Shown one piece after another: positions 22,170 through 30,702 of a stretch of 30,702 bases of DNA; positions within the stretch are counted from its first letter, which is position 1; every line of letters starts with the position of its first letter. The position numbers and the translations under genes are program-made. This DNA is from a virus (lineage: Duplodnaviria; Caudoviricetes). The notes under the pieces were generated by a model. It ran no database searches and was not told the origin of the DNA. It saw only the letters and a list, made by a program, of their open reading frames with translations. The stretch is from positions 1-30,702 of IMG/VR virus record IMGVR_UViG_3300037465_000354. One strand, written 5' to 3'.

Positions 22170-23486
22170 TTAGCGGTACGTGTGGGGAGCGATGCGCCGG
22201 CGGAAGGGCGGGGCAACGCGCGTGGCGATGGCGGCGTAGACCGCCGCGAGGTCGTCGGAGCCGGGGCCATTGAACGTCTTCGAGCCGGTCACCGGGTAGC
22301 CGATCCAAGTCGTGCCGTGCTTGTTCGAGAAGCTGGCGTAATCGGCGAGCCCGTGGTCCACGTCGGCGTTGTAGTTGCCGGGGGTGGCGAATCCGGTGTA
22401 CCACGAGAGCACGCGCAGGGCGCGCACCTGACCGGCATCGGTGGCGATGCTGATCGAGGCGTTCTCTCCCTGTGTCGAGGAGGTGACGACGTAGGTGTCG
22501 TTGTCGGCCTTGAGGCTGATGCAGCAGGCGCGGATGCTCATGGCCCCCGTCGATGTGCGGGTGACCGCGACGGTCTGGGCACCGGTCGGGATGCCGGAGC
22601 CCAGGAAGTAGATGTACGCCCCGCCTGGCTCGGTCGCCGTGTCGAGCACATGCGCGACACGCGACATGCTCACCCCGCCATAGGTGACGGTGCTGATGAC
22701 GTCCGAGCCCTGGTCGGTCTGGATGGCGACGACGATGCCGCGCGCCGTCCCGACCGGGGTGTGTGTCCACGAGTGCGTCGGGCCGGTGCCCGAGGTGCCG
22801 AATGACAGGGTGCTCTTGGCGTCCACGTCCGGCAGTGGCTGAGGCCCGTCGGCGATGGCGAGCGCCGCGATGGCGTAGTCCTCGGACGTCGCCGTCCAGC
22901 CGATGTTCGCGGCGCCGGTCGTCGTCGCGTCGCGGCGGATGCCGTAGAGGGTCTCGGCGCCGGAAGCGACCGAGGCCTCGGCGAAGAGGTCCGTGTGGCC
23001 CGAGAGGGGGGTCACGCTGGCGGTGCTGTTATTGCCCGACCACAGGAGGGCGGCCCGCCAGGTGTCCTCGATGGTGGAGAGGCTCACGGCCGGGTCGGCC
23101 GCGGCGCCTGATGCCCCGCCGCGGGTGGCCATGTAGGTCGAGCCGCTGTCGCTCGTCAGGCTCACGGACACGACGCGCTTGTCGGTGGTCGTGTCCAGCC
23201 CGGCAGCGGTCTCGTAGGCGACGGTCTGGTTGCCCGTCGGGATGTCGGGCCCGCCGCAGAACCACCACTGCACGTACCCGAACTCGGACGTGCCCTGACG
23301 CGCCCACCGGATGCCGGTCAGGTGCTTCGTCCCGTACCTGACGTTGTAGATGCCGGCATGGCCCGAGTGAGGCGACGCGATCCCGACGAGGACCCCGGCC
23401 GGGTTGCCCGAGGGAGTGTGCGTGTGCGAGCCGGCGCCCGCGCCGTTCCAGGTCGCCCCGACCGCTGCGTCGAACGCGACACCCAT
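22170..23486 (-). CDS. Putative adhesin with two tandem beta-sandwich domains
   Basis: Internal duplication THTP.G...G..V.I..V.YG...E.G....G..IPTG.QTVA; Arg-rich C-terminal tail. Confidence 0.7.
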   Translation of the reverse strand: MGVAFDAAVGATWNGAGAGSHTHTPSGNPAGVLVGIASPHSGHAGIYNVRYGTKHLTGIRWARQGTSEFGYVQWWFCGGPDIPTGNQTVAYETAAGLDTTTDKRVVSVSLTSDSGSTYMATRGGASGAAADPAVSLSTIEDTWRAALLWSGNNSTASVTPLSGHTDLFAEASVASGAETLYGIRRDATTTGAANIGWTATSEDYAIAALAIADGPQPLPDVDAKSTLSFGTSGTGPTHSWTHTPVGTARGIVVAIQTDQGSDVISTVTYGGVSMSRVAHVLDTATEPGGAYIYFLGSGIPTGAQTVAVTRTSTGAMSIRACCISLKADNDTYVVTSSTQGENASISIATDAGQVRALRVLSWYTGFATPGNYNADVDHGLADYASFSNKHGTTWIGYPVTGSKTFNGPGSDDLAAVYAAIATRVAPPFRRRIAPHTYR

Positions 23487-23490
23487 CGGC

Positions 23491-24291
23491 TCAGGAGAGC
23501 GTCACGGTGTCGGTCACCTGGAGCGTGTCGCCACTGACCACGCTGGCATCCGCGTTCAGGACCGCCTCGAAGACCATGATCCCACCCGCCGTCAGGGTGG
23601 CCGCGGTGAAGAGGCCGATGCGGTGCAGGTTCGCGACCGTTCCCGTGGCCGACCAGGACTTCGTGAGCGTGAAGGTGGCCGCGTCGTCCGTGTGCGCGTA
23701 GGTGCAGATGCCGCGCGCCAGCCCGTTGCCGGTCTGCTCGGACGCGAGGGTCGTGTGCGAGGCGCTCGCGGAGCCGCTGTCCGCGGTGATCGCCATGAAC
23801 CGCGGCCGGCACGTCGGCAGGATGATGTAGTCGCAGGTCGAGGCGGGCGTCGTCTCGGTCGTGTCGTTCGGCCCCCACCACTGGTCGATGGTCAGGACCG
23901 TGCCGGTGTTCGAGCCGATGTTGCCGAAGACGGGATTGTTGGTCGCCTCCTCGGCGATGACCGTCCAGCCCTTGTAGACATCCGTCGTCCAGGCCTCGCC
24001 CGAATCGGTGAGCGAGGTCGCCGACGTGCCGGTCGCGGTGTTCGCGGCCGGTCCCGAGGAGCCGAGCGCGGCAGCCACGAGGTCGCGGCCGTCGGTCGTG
24101 AGGAGGTTATGGCTGACGCCCAGGTCGTCGGTGGTCCCGTCCTCGTGGATGATGAGCGCATGGACCTCGTTGGGCCCCAGGCGCAGGGTCTCCATGACCC
24201 GGCGGCGCCGGAGGGTGTGGAGGAGCGCCCCATCGCGCAGGGGCTCGACGTGCGTGCGCGGGCGCAGCCGCCCGAAGCGGACGAGGTTCAC
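23491..24291 (-). CDS. Fibre/collar structural subunit
   Basis: GGAGG + GTG 24291; HNLLTT.GRD, MAI.......TTL.SE...GLAR, IGLF.A...G.M, GDTLQVT.TVT pattern with an internal Thr-rich insert. Confidence 0.7.
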   Translation of the reverse strand: MNLVRFGRLRPRTHVEPLRDGALLHTLRRRRVMETLRLGPNEVHALIIHEDGTTDDLGVSHNLLTTDGRDLVAAALGSSGPAANTATGTSATSLTDSGEAWTTDVYKGWTVIAEEATNNPVFGNIGSNTGTVLTIDQWWGPNDTTETTPASTCDYIILPTCRPRFMAITADSGSASASHTTLASEQTGNGLARGICTYAHTDDAATFTLTKSWSATGTVANLHRIGLFTAATLTAGGIMVFEAVLNADASVVSGDTLQVTDTVTLS

Positions 24292-24304
24292 GGGTGCCTC
24301 CAGG

Positions 24305-24463
24305 TCATCCGGCGCGGTCGGACGCGCCGATGGTCTCGGCGACGGAGCGCGAGATGTCGCGGCGGGTGTCACCGCAGGTCGGGCAGGGCCGCCGCCGACG
24401 CTCGCGGAGGACGCGGCCGCAGCCCCGGCAGGCCGCCTCTTGGATGGGTGGCCGGAGTCTCAT
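24305..24463 (-). CDS. 52-aa CxxC-CxxC Zn-ribbon protein (not in the ORF track)
   Basis: MRLRPPIQEAACRGCGRVLRERRRRPCPTCGDTRRDISRSVAETIGASDRAG; ATGA-coupled; fills the gap. Confidence 0.65.
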   Translation of the reverse strand: MRLRPPIQEAACRGCGRVLRERRRRPCPTCGDTRRDISRSVAETIGASDRAG

Positions 24464-24693
24464 CGCCGCTTGCCGGAGACCGCCCGCTCGGCGGCGGGCC
24501 GTTCCTCGGCGCCCCGCTCCACGAACTCGAAGCCGCAGCGGATCAGCTCCGCGTCCACGGCCTCGACCCGCGAGAGGGCACCGCGCGCCAGGAGCCCCTC
24601 GCGCTCCCTGAGCAGCGCAGCGATGTAGGCCTCCCGTTGCTGCTCGGCGGTGGCGGGAGCATCGACGCTCCCGCCGGTCAGTTGTGCGGCCAT
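24460..24693 (-). CDS. Small helical protein after capsid (77 aa)
   Basis: AGGAGG RBS + ATG 24693; YIAALLREREG...V.AVDAEL.R.G. Confidence 0.75.
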   Translation of the reverse strand: MAAQLTGGSVDAPATAEQQREAYIAALLREREGLLARGALSRVEAVDAELIRCGFEFVERGAEERPAAERAVSGKRR

Positions 24694-24721
24694 GCGATGC
24701 CTCCTGTCTGCCAGGGGATGG

Positions 24722-24741
24722 GGGGCGGGTCGCCCCGCCCC
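24722..24741 (-). terminator. Hairpin after the capsid gene
   Basis: 8-bp GC stem with GCGA (GNRA) loop; no U tract. Confidence 0.55.
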
Positions 24742-24749
24742 TCGATCGC

Positions 24750-26084
24750 CTAGAACGTCGGCGCGATCAGGCCGGTGCCGCCGATCGTGCTGATCGAGGC
24801 CGGGAACCGGCCGGCGAAGAAGTTCGCGTACGCGAACAGCTGGAGCCGGACGGTGAGGTTGCCCGACAGCACGTCCGTCAGGACACGGCTTCGGAGCGGC
24901 GACTCCATGAGAAGGCAGTCGCTGGGGCGGAACACGACCACCTGGTCCTCGGTGCCGCCGCCCAGGTTCGTGGCGTGGGAGCCGGTGACCACGACCGGCA
25001 GGCCGTTGGACAGGTAGCCCACGATGCCCTGGGCCGCGATGGGGCCGAAGGTGGCCGCCGGGTTGAAGGCCGCCCCGCCGGCCGGGATGCCCAGCGGTCG
25101 GCCCGCGGTGTCCACGGCCGTGCTGATCCACGCCCAGCGGCGGGGATGCATGCTCGCCAGCTCCGCCGGGGCGAACCGGTTGGAGTGGATCTGCTGCATC
25201 GCGTCGCCGAACTTCGGGTACAGCTCCGGTGCGGTCGGCGAGGCGTCGGTGTAGGACACGGTGTTGATGCCCGCCACCTGGTTGAGCCCGAGCAGCTCGT
25301 TGGTGCCCGAGCCGCGCAGGATCTGGCGGTCGAGCTCGGCCTGGTAGGCCGCCTCGAGGTCGGCGAAGATGATGCGGTCGACCGGGAACGGGGACAGGTC
25401 GAGCGACTGGATCGACACGTCCTGCTGGCCCGCGATGGTCACGGTCGGGCGCGTCAGCTGCGCGGTCACGATGTCCGTCTCCTGGACGGCCGCGTTGTCG
25501 CCTGCCTGGCCAGCCACGGCCGAGCCGGTCGTGATGCGCGGGATGGTGATGCTGTTCGTGGAAGGGAAGCCGCCCTCGCGCATGAAGGGCGCCAGGACAC
25601 GCCCGACGCGGGCGCGCTCGGCCATCTCCTCGACGAGCCAGATGGGCGGGATGAAGGAGCCCATCGAGGTCGCGCCGGTCGTGCCGTCGCGGCGCTCACG
25701 GGCCTCGCCCTCGGCGTTGTTGCGGCGCAGGCGCTCGTGCGCCTCGCCGTCGCCCTTGGCCGCGGAGAGGAGGTCGCGGAAGAAGGACACGCCGCCATCG
25801 GGGCGGTACGTGGCCTCGGCCCGCGTGACCTCGATGCTGGCGGTGGGGATGGCCGCCGCATGACGGGCCCGCTGCTCGGCAGCGGCGGCGGCACGCTGCT
25901 CCAGGGCCTCCTGCTCGGCGATCTGCGCGTCGCGGCGCTCGAGGTCCGCCTTGATCGCGGACACCTGGGCCGCCTCATCGTCGGTCAGGTCGCGGTCCTC
26001 GGTCGTGGCCGTGTCGATGAGCGTGTTCAGCCTGGCCTCGGCCTCGTCGCGCATGGCGATGAGCCGGGAGAGATACCTGTTCAC
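24750..26084 (-). CDS. Major capsid protein, HK97 fold with N-terminal scaffold domain
   Basis: Coiled-coil N-terminus; G.FIPP.W, TIAG...VS.Q.L, D.QIL.G.G, MHPRRW, GLPVV motifs. Confidence 0.93.
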   Translation of the reverse strand: MNRYLSRLIAMRDEAEARLNTLIDTATTEDRDLTDDEAAQVSAIKADLERRDAQIAEQEALEQRAAAAAEQRARHAAAIPTASIEVTRAEATYRPDGGVSFFRDLLSAAKGDGEAHERLRRNNAEGEARERRDGTTGATSMGSFIPPIWLVEEMAERARVGRVLAPFMREGGFPSTNSITIPRITTGSAVAGQAGDNAAVQETDIVTAQLTRPTVTIAGQQDVSIQSLDLSPFPVDRIIFADLEAAYQAELDRQILRGSGTNELLGLNQVAGINTVSYTDASPTAPELYPKFGDAMQQIHSNRFAPAELASMHPRRWAWISTAVDTAGRPLGIPAGGAAFNPAATFGPIAAQGIVGYLSNGLPVVVTGSHATNLGGGTEDQVVVFRPSDCLLMESPLRSRVLTDVLSGNLTVRLQLFAYANFFAGRFPASISTIGGTGLIAPTF

Positions 26085-26179
26085 GGTGTGTCTGCCTCCT
26101 GTTCGGGGGATGGGTGGGCTGCCGCGGGTGACCGGCGACGGGTGGGGCTCAGTGGCCCTCCAGGTCGGGTCCCATGCGA

Positions 26180-26878
26180 TCAGGCGGTGAGGCGTGAATC
26201 CCGGATGCGGATGGCCTCGAGGAGCCGCGCCCTGACGGCGGGTGGCTCCGGCGCGACCGCGTCGAGCGCGCGGCGGACGAGGGCGAACTCGTCGTCGGTG
26301 AGCCGGCGTCCCTCGCGCAGCGCATCGAACATGAGCAGCATCTCGGCCGGGTCGGCATCGATGGCGTCAGCCACCGCGCGCATCTCGACGGTGGTATCGG
26401 CGTAGGCCGGCGTCAGGCCCGTCAGCACGGAGACGTGCCAGAGGCGGACGCTGGTCAGGACGCGGCGCTTGCCGTCATCGGACCAGGAGACGCCACCCCG
26501 ATTGGCACTGAACTCGAAGGACATCCCCGACACCTCGCCGCGCTCGTAGAGCTCACGCAGGTCCCGCACATAGGACGTGTCGGGCAGCGTGGGAGCCTCG
26601 ACGAGCAGCCCCGTGGAGTCCTCGGCCAGGCGCAGATGCCCGGATGCCGTGGAGGCGATGAGGAGCTTCTCGTCGTGGTCGCGCACGAGTGTCTTGCGGT
26701 TCGGCCGCGCCAGGTCGTTGCTGAAGGCACCGGGCGCCACCTGCTCGACGTAGCGCCCGCCGATGAGGGCGGAATCCCGCCCGAACACGGCCGCGTAGCC
26801 GCGGAAGGCGTGCCCGGTCTCGGTGCTTCGGAGCTCGACCTCGGCCGGCACGGGGACGGCCCGCTCGTGGATGCTCAT
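26180..26878 (-). CDS. HK97-family prohead protease
   Basis: GYAAVF, E..APGAF, DHD, L.EDSTGL, GMSFEF, PAY.DT; ATG 26878 overlaps the portal stop. Confidence 0.92.
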   Translation of the reverse strand: MSIHERAVPVPAEVELRSTETGHAFRGYAAVFGRDSALIGGRYVEQVAPGAFSNDLARPNRKTLVRDHDEKLLIASTASGHLRLAEDSTGLLVEAPTLPDTSYVRDLRELYERGEVSGMSFEFSANRGGVSWSDDGKRRVLTSVRLWHVSVLTGLTPAYADTTVEMRAVADAIDADPAEMLLMFDALREGRRLTDDEFALVRRALDAVAPEPPAVRARLLEAIRIRDSRLTA

Positions 26879-28035
26879 GGGATCGCCTCCGCGGGGGTGT
26901 TGTTCGGCGTCTGGAGCCATGGGCCCGGCGCGTCAGCGACGGGCGGCAGGTCCTCGAGGGCGCGCACCTCGTCGCGTGTCATGATCTGGGCATTGAGGGC
27001 GATCTGGTACGCCTCGTACCGGCTCTTCACATCGCCGCGCAAGAACCCGTCGACGCTGAAGCGGACGGACTGGCCGGGCGGCAGGAGACGGCGGTACGCC
27101 GCCTCGATGCGCACGAGATAGGAGCGCACGGTGTAGCGCAGGAAGCCGATGGTCTGCTGCTCGATGCCGGTGCCCCAGGACGTACTGCGCTCCACGTCGC
27201 CGATGAGGTGCGGCGGGATGCGATACAGACGGGCGATCTCATTGACGCCCCAGCCCTGGAGCGCCAAGAACTGCATCTGCTCGAGCGACAGCTGTGGGAC
27301 ATCCCACTTCGCGCCGCCGGCGAAGATGCCCGGCTTCCAGGCGTTGTGGGCGCCCACGTACTGCGCCGTCACCTCCTCGCGCAGCATCCTCAGCTGGGGC
27401 TCGCTCAGTGGCCCGGGCACCGTGATCGCGCCGGAGAGGAGCATCCCGTTGCCGAAGACGGCCCGACCGAACCGCTCGGCCGAGGCCTTCGTTTGGATCG
27501 TCCGCTGCGCCCGCTCGATAGGCGACATCCCGCGCGCGGCACCGGGTGGGCGGTAGAGAGGGATATGGATGACCTGCGCGGACGTGTATCGCACCGTGCC
27601 ACCAGTGGTCATGTAGTCGTAGACCGGGCCGGCCGGAGTGCCCCGGACCTCGATGCGGCCCGGGTCTCCCACCGCGAGCGTCACGGGCTCCGAGACATCC
27701 GGCAGCGCCAGGACGAAGGCGTTGCCGTCAAGTCCGAGCGACCAGACCACCTGGCTGAGATGGTCGACCAGGGTGATGGAGGGATCGCCAGGCGCGGGCG
27801 TCTCCAGCCACGAGGGTACCGGCACCGGGACGCGCTCCGCGCCATCCGTCTCGATCACGTCGACCGGCAGTGTGGCGACCGTGTCAGCCAGGAGCCCGAC
27901 GCAGGCATACACCGCGATGACCGATGTCGCCGAGACATCCGGCGCGTGATCCGCGAGGGGCGGGATACCCTCGCGGTAGAACTGGTCGCGGCGCTCGCGT
28001 CCCAGGAGCGACGCGATGGCGTGTCTGAAGCCCAC
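26875..28035 (-). CDS. HK97-family portal protein
   Basis: AVYACV.LLA.TVA.LP, GNAF, GMSPI, EIARLYRIPPHL.G, LRGD..SR, EVRALEDLPP. Confidence 0.95.
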   Translation of the reverse strand: MGFRHAIASLLGRERRDQFYREGIPPLADHAPDVSATSVIAVYACVGLLADTVATLPVDVIETDGAERVPVPVPSWLETPAPGDPSITLVDHLSQVVWSLGLDGNAFVLALPDVSEPVTLAVGDPGRIEVRGTPAGPVYDYMTTGGTVRYTSAQVIHIPLYRPPGAARGMSPIERAQRTIQTKASAERFGRAVFGNGMLLSGAITVPGPLSEPQLRMLREEVTAQYVGAHNAWKPGIFAGGAKWDVPQLSLEQMQFLALQGWGVNEIARLYRIPPHLIGDVERSTSWGTGIEQQTIGFLRYTVRSYLVRIEAAYRRLLPPGQSVRFSVDGFLRGDVKSRYEAYQIALNAQIMTRDEVRALEDLPPVADAPGPWLQTPNNTPAEAIP

Positions 28036-28048
28036 GGGTCGTTCGCTC

Positions 28049-29689
28049 CTAGGCCGATGCGTAGAAGTAGACGGGCTGCTCCTCGACCGCCAGCGCCCCG
28101 GCCGCGACGGCGTCCATGCGCGCCTCCCAGGCGAGGATCGCCGCCACCGCCGCGTCGATCTTGAGCGACGAGCCCTCGCGCTCCTTGCGCACCGTCCAGA
28201 GGCGCTCGCCCTTGTCGTCGCGCTCGGTGATCTCGCGACGATGGCAGTGACCGATGGCGGCCGTGAGGCGCTCGTCGGCCGGGTGGCCGAGCTGGCCCTG
28301 GGTGATGGCAGTGGCGAAGCTCCGGCAGGCGAAGCCCATGACCCGGGACCGCCAGGTCTCCCACTTGAGCACGACCTTGTCGCCGTAGCGGCCCTGCCAG
28401 GCGGCGACCTCGTCGCGCCAGTAGGGCGGGTCGACGTACATGCGCACGACGCGCCAGCGCGCGAAGGCTGCGTCGACCGCGACGTCCACGAGGCCTCCGG
28501 GGACCTCGCCGCCGTACTCCGCCGGGTCCCAGACGCCCACCGGCCAGAGCTGGCCCGTCGCGATCTCGCAGGCGACGAGCGCGGCGTGGTCGTCTGTCCG
28601 CGCCCCGTCGAAGCCGAGCGTGATGGCCGCCCCGGGCGGGACGTCGTGGTCGGGCCTGGCGAGCTCGCGCCAGCGCCCGACGTCGAAGGCGCTCACGCCT
28701 CGCGGCTTCCGCCGGTTCAGCCAGACGCGCTCCGCGTACTCGGGGTCGGCGTCCGGCCCCGTGAAGTTCTCGGCGATGAGCGCCGGGTCCGACCAGGAGG
28801 CCACGACGGGGCCGGAGGCGTCCACGATGGCCTCCACGAGGGCGTCCCGGTCCAGGCTCCCGTCCTCGCGGCGGATCCGGATCCGCGTGTCGGCCCAGCG
28901 GTACAGGAGGAACAGGCGGCCCGAGCGGGCCTGGTCGGGCGTGAGCTTGCGCGCCTCCTCGTGGAGGCTCTCAGCCACCGAGCCCTCGCCGGGCGCGTAC
29001 ATCGTCGTAAGGTGCGCCTCCCAGGGGTCCGCCATGGGTCTCTTCGCGAGGTTCGCCCGGGTGGCCTGGTGGGCCTCCCTCTGGCGTGCCAGGACCCAGC
29101 GGTGCGTCTCCTCCTTGATCTGGAAGGTCGTGCGCGCGCCGTCGCGGCTGTCGGGCGCGTTCGAGAGCGCCTCGGCCCTCCCATCACCGGCCACCCGCAT
29201 GATCCGCTCGAGGCCGATGTCGAAGCGGTCCGCCTCCGGGCCCCGGGAGAGCATCTGGTACAGCGCCGCGTAGGCGGTGTCCTCGGCCTGCTTCCCGGTG
29301 AAGGCGAGGATGGGGATGTACGGGTCGGTGACGGGGCGGCCGACCGGCTCCCAGCGCGAGCCCACGCGCCGGAAGCCGTCGCAGCGGACGGGTCCGTCGG
29401 GGTCGAGCTCGACAGCCGCGAGGGCGCCCGCGCGCTCGCTCTTCGCGCTGCCCTTGCGCAGCATGAGGACCACCGTCCCGAAGCGCCGCCGGCCCTCCCG
29501 CGGGTGACCCCTCGGGTAGACCTGGTAGGCCCGTTCCAGGATGGCCCGGAACTCGGCGTCGACCCGGTACGGCTGGCCGAGCAGGTCGCCCGGCCCGTGG
29601 ACCAGGAGCTGCTCCATGCGCTCCGCGACGAGCCCGCCGAGCGAGGGCCATGGTGGCTCGTCGGTCGGGGGGATGACGAGCGTGCTCAC
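28049..29689 (-). CDS. terL: Terminase large subunit
   Basis: Walker A RKGSAKSE, Walker B-like FQIKEETH, nuclease LGFDG..DD, DP, KIDAAVA; GTG 29689 overlaps the terS stop. Confidence 0.93.
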   Translation of the reverse strand: MSTLVIPPTDEPPWPSLGGLVAERMEQLLVHGPGDLLGQPYRVDAEFRAILERAYQVYPRGHPREGRRRFGTVVLMLRKGSAKSERAGALAAVELDPDGPVRCDGFRRVGSRWEPVGRPVTDPYIPILAFTGKQAEDTAYAALYQMLSRGPEADRFDIGLERIMRVAGDGRAEALSNAPDSRDGARTTFQIKEETHRWVLARQREAHQATRANLAKRPMADPWEAHLTTMYAPGEGSVAESLHEEARKLTPDQARSGRLFLLYRWADTRIRIRREDGSLDRDALVEAIVDASGPVVASWSDPALIAENFTGPDADPEYAERVWLNRRKPRGVSAFDVGRWRELARPDHDVPPGAAITLGFDGARTDDHAALVACEIATGQLWPVGVWDPAEYGGEVPGGLVDVAVDAAFARWRVVRMYVDPPYWRDEVAAWQGRYGDKVVLKWETWRSRVMGFACRSFATAITQGQLGHPADERLTAAIGHCHRREITERDDKGERLWTVRKEREGSSLKIDAAVAAILAWEARMDAVAAGALAVEEQPVYFYASA

Positions 29690-30129
29690 CCGGCCCGCTT
29701 GCCGTCGAGGATGGACAGGACGGCGGCCTGGGCACGCTTGGTCGTCGTGCGCGCGGCGGGCCTGGCGGCCTGCTCGAGGCGCCTCACCTCCCACTGCAGC
29801 GATCGGCGCGACATCGGCGACAGGCCGTACTCGCGACTCGACATGCGGATCTCCGCGCGGAACTTCGCACGGTCCTTCGGAGCGGCCCGCCAGAAGTCCT
29901 CGACGAGCTGCGCGAGCTCGACGAGCCCCGGCACATCGGCGTCGACCCACTCGTCGACCATCGGCGAGGCCCACCACACGTCCCAGGTCTCGACGGTCCG
30001 CGGGTGCCATCCTCCGGGGCGCTCCGGCAGTTCGACCCTCGCAGCGCGAGGGGCCTCGAGCGTGGCGGCCGTGGTCGTGCGGTTCGTTCGGGCGCGCGTC
30101 GCAGCGCGCTTCGGGACTGGTCCAGGCAT
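29686..30129 (-). CDS. terS: Terminase small subunit
   Basis: MPGPVPK N-terminus, W...WW.SPM, EIR....YGLSP..RR.L.W; directly upstream of terL. Confidence 0.85.
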   Translation of the reverse strand: MPGPVPKRAATRARTNRTTTAATLEAPRAARVELPERPGGWHPRTVETWDVWWASPMVDEWVDADVPGLVELAQLVEDFWRAAPKDRAKFRAEIRMSSREYGLSPMSRRSLQWEVRRLEQAARPAARTTTKRAQAAVLSILDGKRAG

Positions 30130-30233
30130 GTCGGGTCCCCTGCGTTCCTCGGACTGGTGCCCCACGGTCCGAGTGATCTAGACTTCCTGTCAGTCGGGGT
30201 GGTCGGTTGCATTGAGACGATCCTCCCCGGCGA

Positions 30234-30267
30234 GGACCGCGGCGGGCACCACACCCCGCCGCGGTCC
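30234..30267. terminator. 13-bp GC hairpin between the first ORF and terS
   Basis: ggaccgcggcggg / cccgccgcggtcc with an 8-nt loop; no U tract. Confidence 0.5.
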
Positions 30268-30286
30268 GCCATTCGTGGGGGCGAAC

Positions 30287-30475
30287 CTAGGCGGTAGGGG
30301 CGCGCTCGCGGGAGCGCTTCAGCTCGAGCAGGGCCTCGACGACGCGGCGCTCCTCTGGCAAGAGGGCGTCCAGGCGCACGACGCGGGGGGTATGCCCATC
30401 CCAGCGCTTACGCGCGCCGATGCGTCCGGCCTTGACCTTGACGGGGTCCCGTGAATCATCGACGGCCTCGGCCAT
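30287..30475 (-). CDS. Small basic protein (62 aa)
   Basis: GGAG RBS + ATG; KAGRIGARKRW, then VVRLD.L.PEERRVVEALL helix. Confidence 0.7.
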   Translation of the reverse strand: MAEAVDDSRDPVKVKAGRIGARKRWDGHTPRVVRLDALLPEERRVVEALLELKRSRERAPTA

Positions 30476-30578
30476 GCGCTTTCTCCGCGCCAGCCGAAGC
30501 CGTCGACTATTCCCCTGTCACTACCCCCGCCCAGAGGGCCGGGGGCGCGCATCAGGATTCGCTCAGATCGTGCGATCG

Positions 30579-30608
30579 AGTCTAGCAGAGCCGGTCAGGT
30601 GCTGTCCA
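30579..30608 (-). promoter_or_regulatory. Putative promoter TGGACA-N18-(TGC)TAGACT for packaging/structural genes
   Basis: Extended -10 at 30579-30587; -35 at 30603-30608. Confidence 0.55.
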
Positions 30609-30702
30609 CGTCCGCCGACGCCGTGCTCCTGTGACGCTGGCGGTCCGGCGGACTCGCCGCCCGGGAGGCCGCTTCCGGAACCCGTGGGCAGAAAAACCCG
30701 CC

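Larger units (their letters stand above)
1..30702 (-). mobile_element. Tailed dsDNA phage genome (HK97-type head, non-contractile tail), probably complete
   Basis: Full ordered packaging, head, neck, tail, replication and lysis modules on one strand. HNH lies at one end and terS at the other, as expected for a genome opened near cos. No host genes, sheath gene or integrase seen. Confidence 0.93.

Noticed and set aside
26085-26179. CCAC/CACC-rich spacer before the capsid gene, with a leader similar to that at 24698-24722
   Set aside because: The similarity is mostly the SD plus a short C run; insufficient evidence for an ncRNA
594-30181. Many long plus-strand ORFs (e.g. 7729-9900, 13194-15413, 20955-22805, 28016-30181)
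   Set aside because: Antisense shadows of high-GC minus-strand genes; no motifs or RBS, and they overlap well-supported genes

Overview
This window looks like a complete or near-complete ~30.7 kb, very GC-rich tailed-phage (siphovirus-like) genome, opened at or near its packaging (cos) end. Essentially all credible genes are on the minus strand. Reading from 30702 down to 1, the order is: small ORF, terS, terL, HK97-type portal, protease and capsid; a five-gene fibre/decoration cluster including a 20-aa tandem-repeat protein; head-tail joining genes, tail tube, frameshifting tail chaperones, a short tape measure, a tail-tip hub with two CBM-like domains, and a C1q-like fibre that appears to start at ATC. 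A 22-bp-stem terminator follows. An early operon comes next (leaderless HTH, decayed small genes, SSB, Prim-Pol/helicase with internal iterons, PD-(D/E)XK nuclease, RuvC-like resolvase). Then come a separately promoted HTH_17 + GH26 cassette, an atypical lysis region (holin-like proteins, C39-like cysteine peptidase, acidic peptide, secreted helical protein, no recognisable peptidoglycan hydrolase), a putative late regulator and a minimal HNH nuclease. No integrase, clear CI repressor, tRNA or CRISPR was recognised. Top candidates for new biology are (1) the C39-peptidase/GH26 lysis set, which suggests a host envelope other than classical peptidoglycan, and (2) a modular neck-fibre system whose repeat unit also occurs once at the end of a small unannotated Zn-ribbon ORF. 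All family calls are by-eye motif recognition, not database searches.
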